Shown here: one piece after another, positions 50,887 through 51,955 of the stretch
Layout: each line of letters opens with the position of its first letter
Numbering within the stretch: the first letter of the stretch is position 1
Assembly: GCA_023231475.1 (NCBI GenBank)
Contig: JALJEE010001165.1
Location: 1-51,955 of the forward strand
DNA length: 51,955 nucleotides
Reading direction: 5' to 3'
DNA from: Seison nebaliae
Taxonomy: Eukaryota
Notes under the pieces: generated by a model
The model's input: only the letters and a program-made list of their open reading frames with translations
The model's database searches: none
Told to the model about the DNA's origin: nothing
Program-made: the position numbers and the translations under genes

Positions 50887-51955
50887 GCTTTTTTTTTTCC
50901 AAAATTGATGAAGCGTTCCATTAAATTACCTGTTCTTATTTACATCTATTTCTAACTTCTAGTTCGTTTTGCGAATTCTCTTAAAAATGAATCCTTTGTC
51001 TTCGATCAGATATATATATATAATAATAACTTCATTTTAGAGTAAAAACTATTTAAAGAAGATTATGATTAGAATTATTTTAATAATTAAAGATTAAATA
51101 TATTTGCTAAATTTAATATTTGCATTTTAACAACTTAATACCTAAAATCTTCCAGATTAAGAAAAAATGAAGATAGTTCAACGAAAATAAAATAGATCTT
51201 AAAAATAAATATTTTTTTGCCACTCTGTTTTATTAAAAACGGTGATTTCGCCGTTCACAAGAATTGATAAGCGATGGAAGTATTGGATCATCTTCTTTAA
51301 CAAAAGATATGTCAAAAGATTCAACCGGTTAGTGAGTCTTATAAATCAATTTTTATGTTTTTGTACATAATTGTTGAATATTTTCATAAAACAGAGAAAA
51401 GGTTATATTGTGAGATTAGAATACATATTTGAAAATTGATTAAAGTGAAAATGATCAATTATTATTATTATTATTATTCATTTAAAATTCCCGTCCGGAT
51501 AAATGAGAAAAACCGGAATGATCATTAGGTAGGATATAAATATTGAAGCATAAAATGTTTTGGATAACCAACGTCATCGACTGTTGAATAAACGGTGTGA
51601 GATAGAGGTCCTTAGATATGAACGAGGTCAGGACTTACCTCTCGATTTAAAGGCATCGCTGTTGAAGTCAGAGTGAGTGAAGATTGATAATTAATCTCTG
51701 ATTCGATATAATCGAGAGATGTGGCATTCTTCTAACTCTTGTAAGAGAGTGTGAGATTTTTGGGAAATAATGAAGAAGTCAGAAAACAAGAAAAATGTAT
51801 CTTGTAGTTGTGTCGGTTGATTTGCTCGTTGGAAATCCCCTTGGTGAGCGCCATTCTTTTTCGATTTTTTTTTTGATTATCATGTGAGTTTTCATATCAC
51901 ATAATTTGGAGGAAATTTTCCATTAATTATCAGTTCCATAATTGTTATCTTTGAA

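Larger units (their letters stand above)
49144..51258 (+). mobile_element. Mutator-like (MULE) DNA transposon with foldback-type subterminal repeats; ends approximate
   Basis: A transposase ORF is flanked by inverted repeats of roughly 160 bp (about 49394-49561 vs 51096-51252) and an array of AAAACGGTGATTTCGCCACC units. I could not find a target-site duplication. Confidence 0.88.

Overview
Strongly AT-rich, gene-dense animal (invertebrate) genomic DNA with very short spliceosomal introns, mostly about 45-60 nt. The ORF track therefore shows exon fragments, and I rebuilt gene models by hand from GT..AG joins that keep the reading frame. Left to right: the 3' end of an AHNAK/periaxin-like repeat protein; a small Lys-rich protein; MRPL28 head-to-head with a DD3-3-family gene; an FBXO7-like FP+F-box gene; a small secreted precursor-like gene; a two-TM orphan; a CEP170-like gene; a Gly-rich Shisa-like membrane protein; an intronless ~2,290-aa KDM4 histone demethylase; two similar Tyr/Asp-tipped mucin-like membrane proteins; two tandem GRD/GABA-A-alpha-like Cys-loop receptor subunits; PSAT1; and a Mutator (MULE) transposon with foldback-type subterminal repeats. 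Small transposon relics are also present. The most striking window-wide signal is the splice-site grammar. About 30 of 35 reconstructed introns start GTT rather than GTA/GTG, and about a quarter end in AAG, some with no pyrimidine tract. Other leads are an operon-like run of four genes, an SDR selectivity filter in both receptor paralogues and a KDM4 with large insertions inside its reader domains. All homology calls are from recognised motifs; no searches were run. The organism is not identified.
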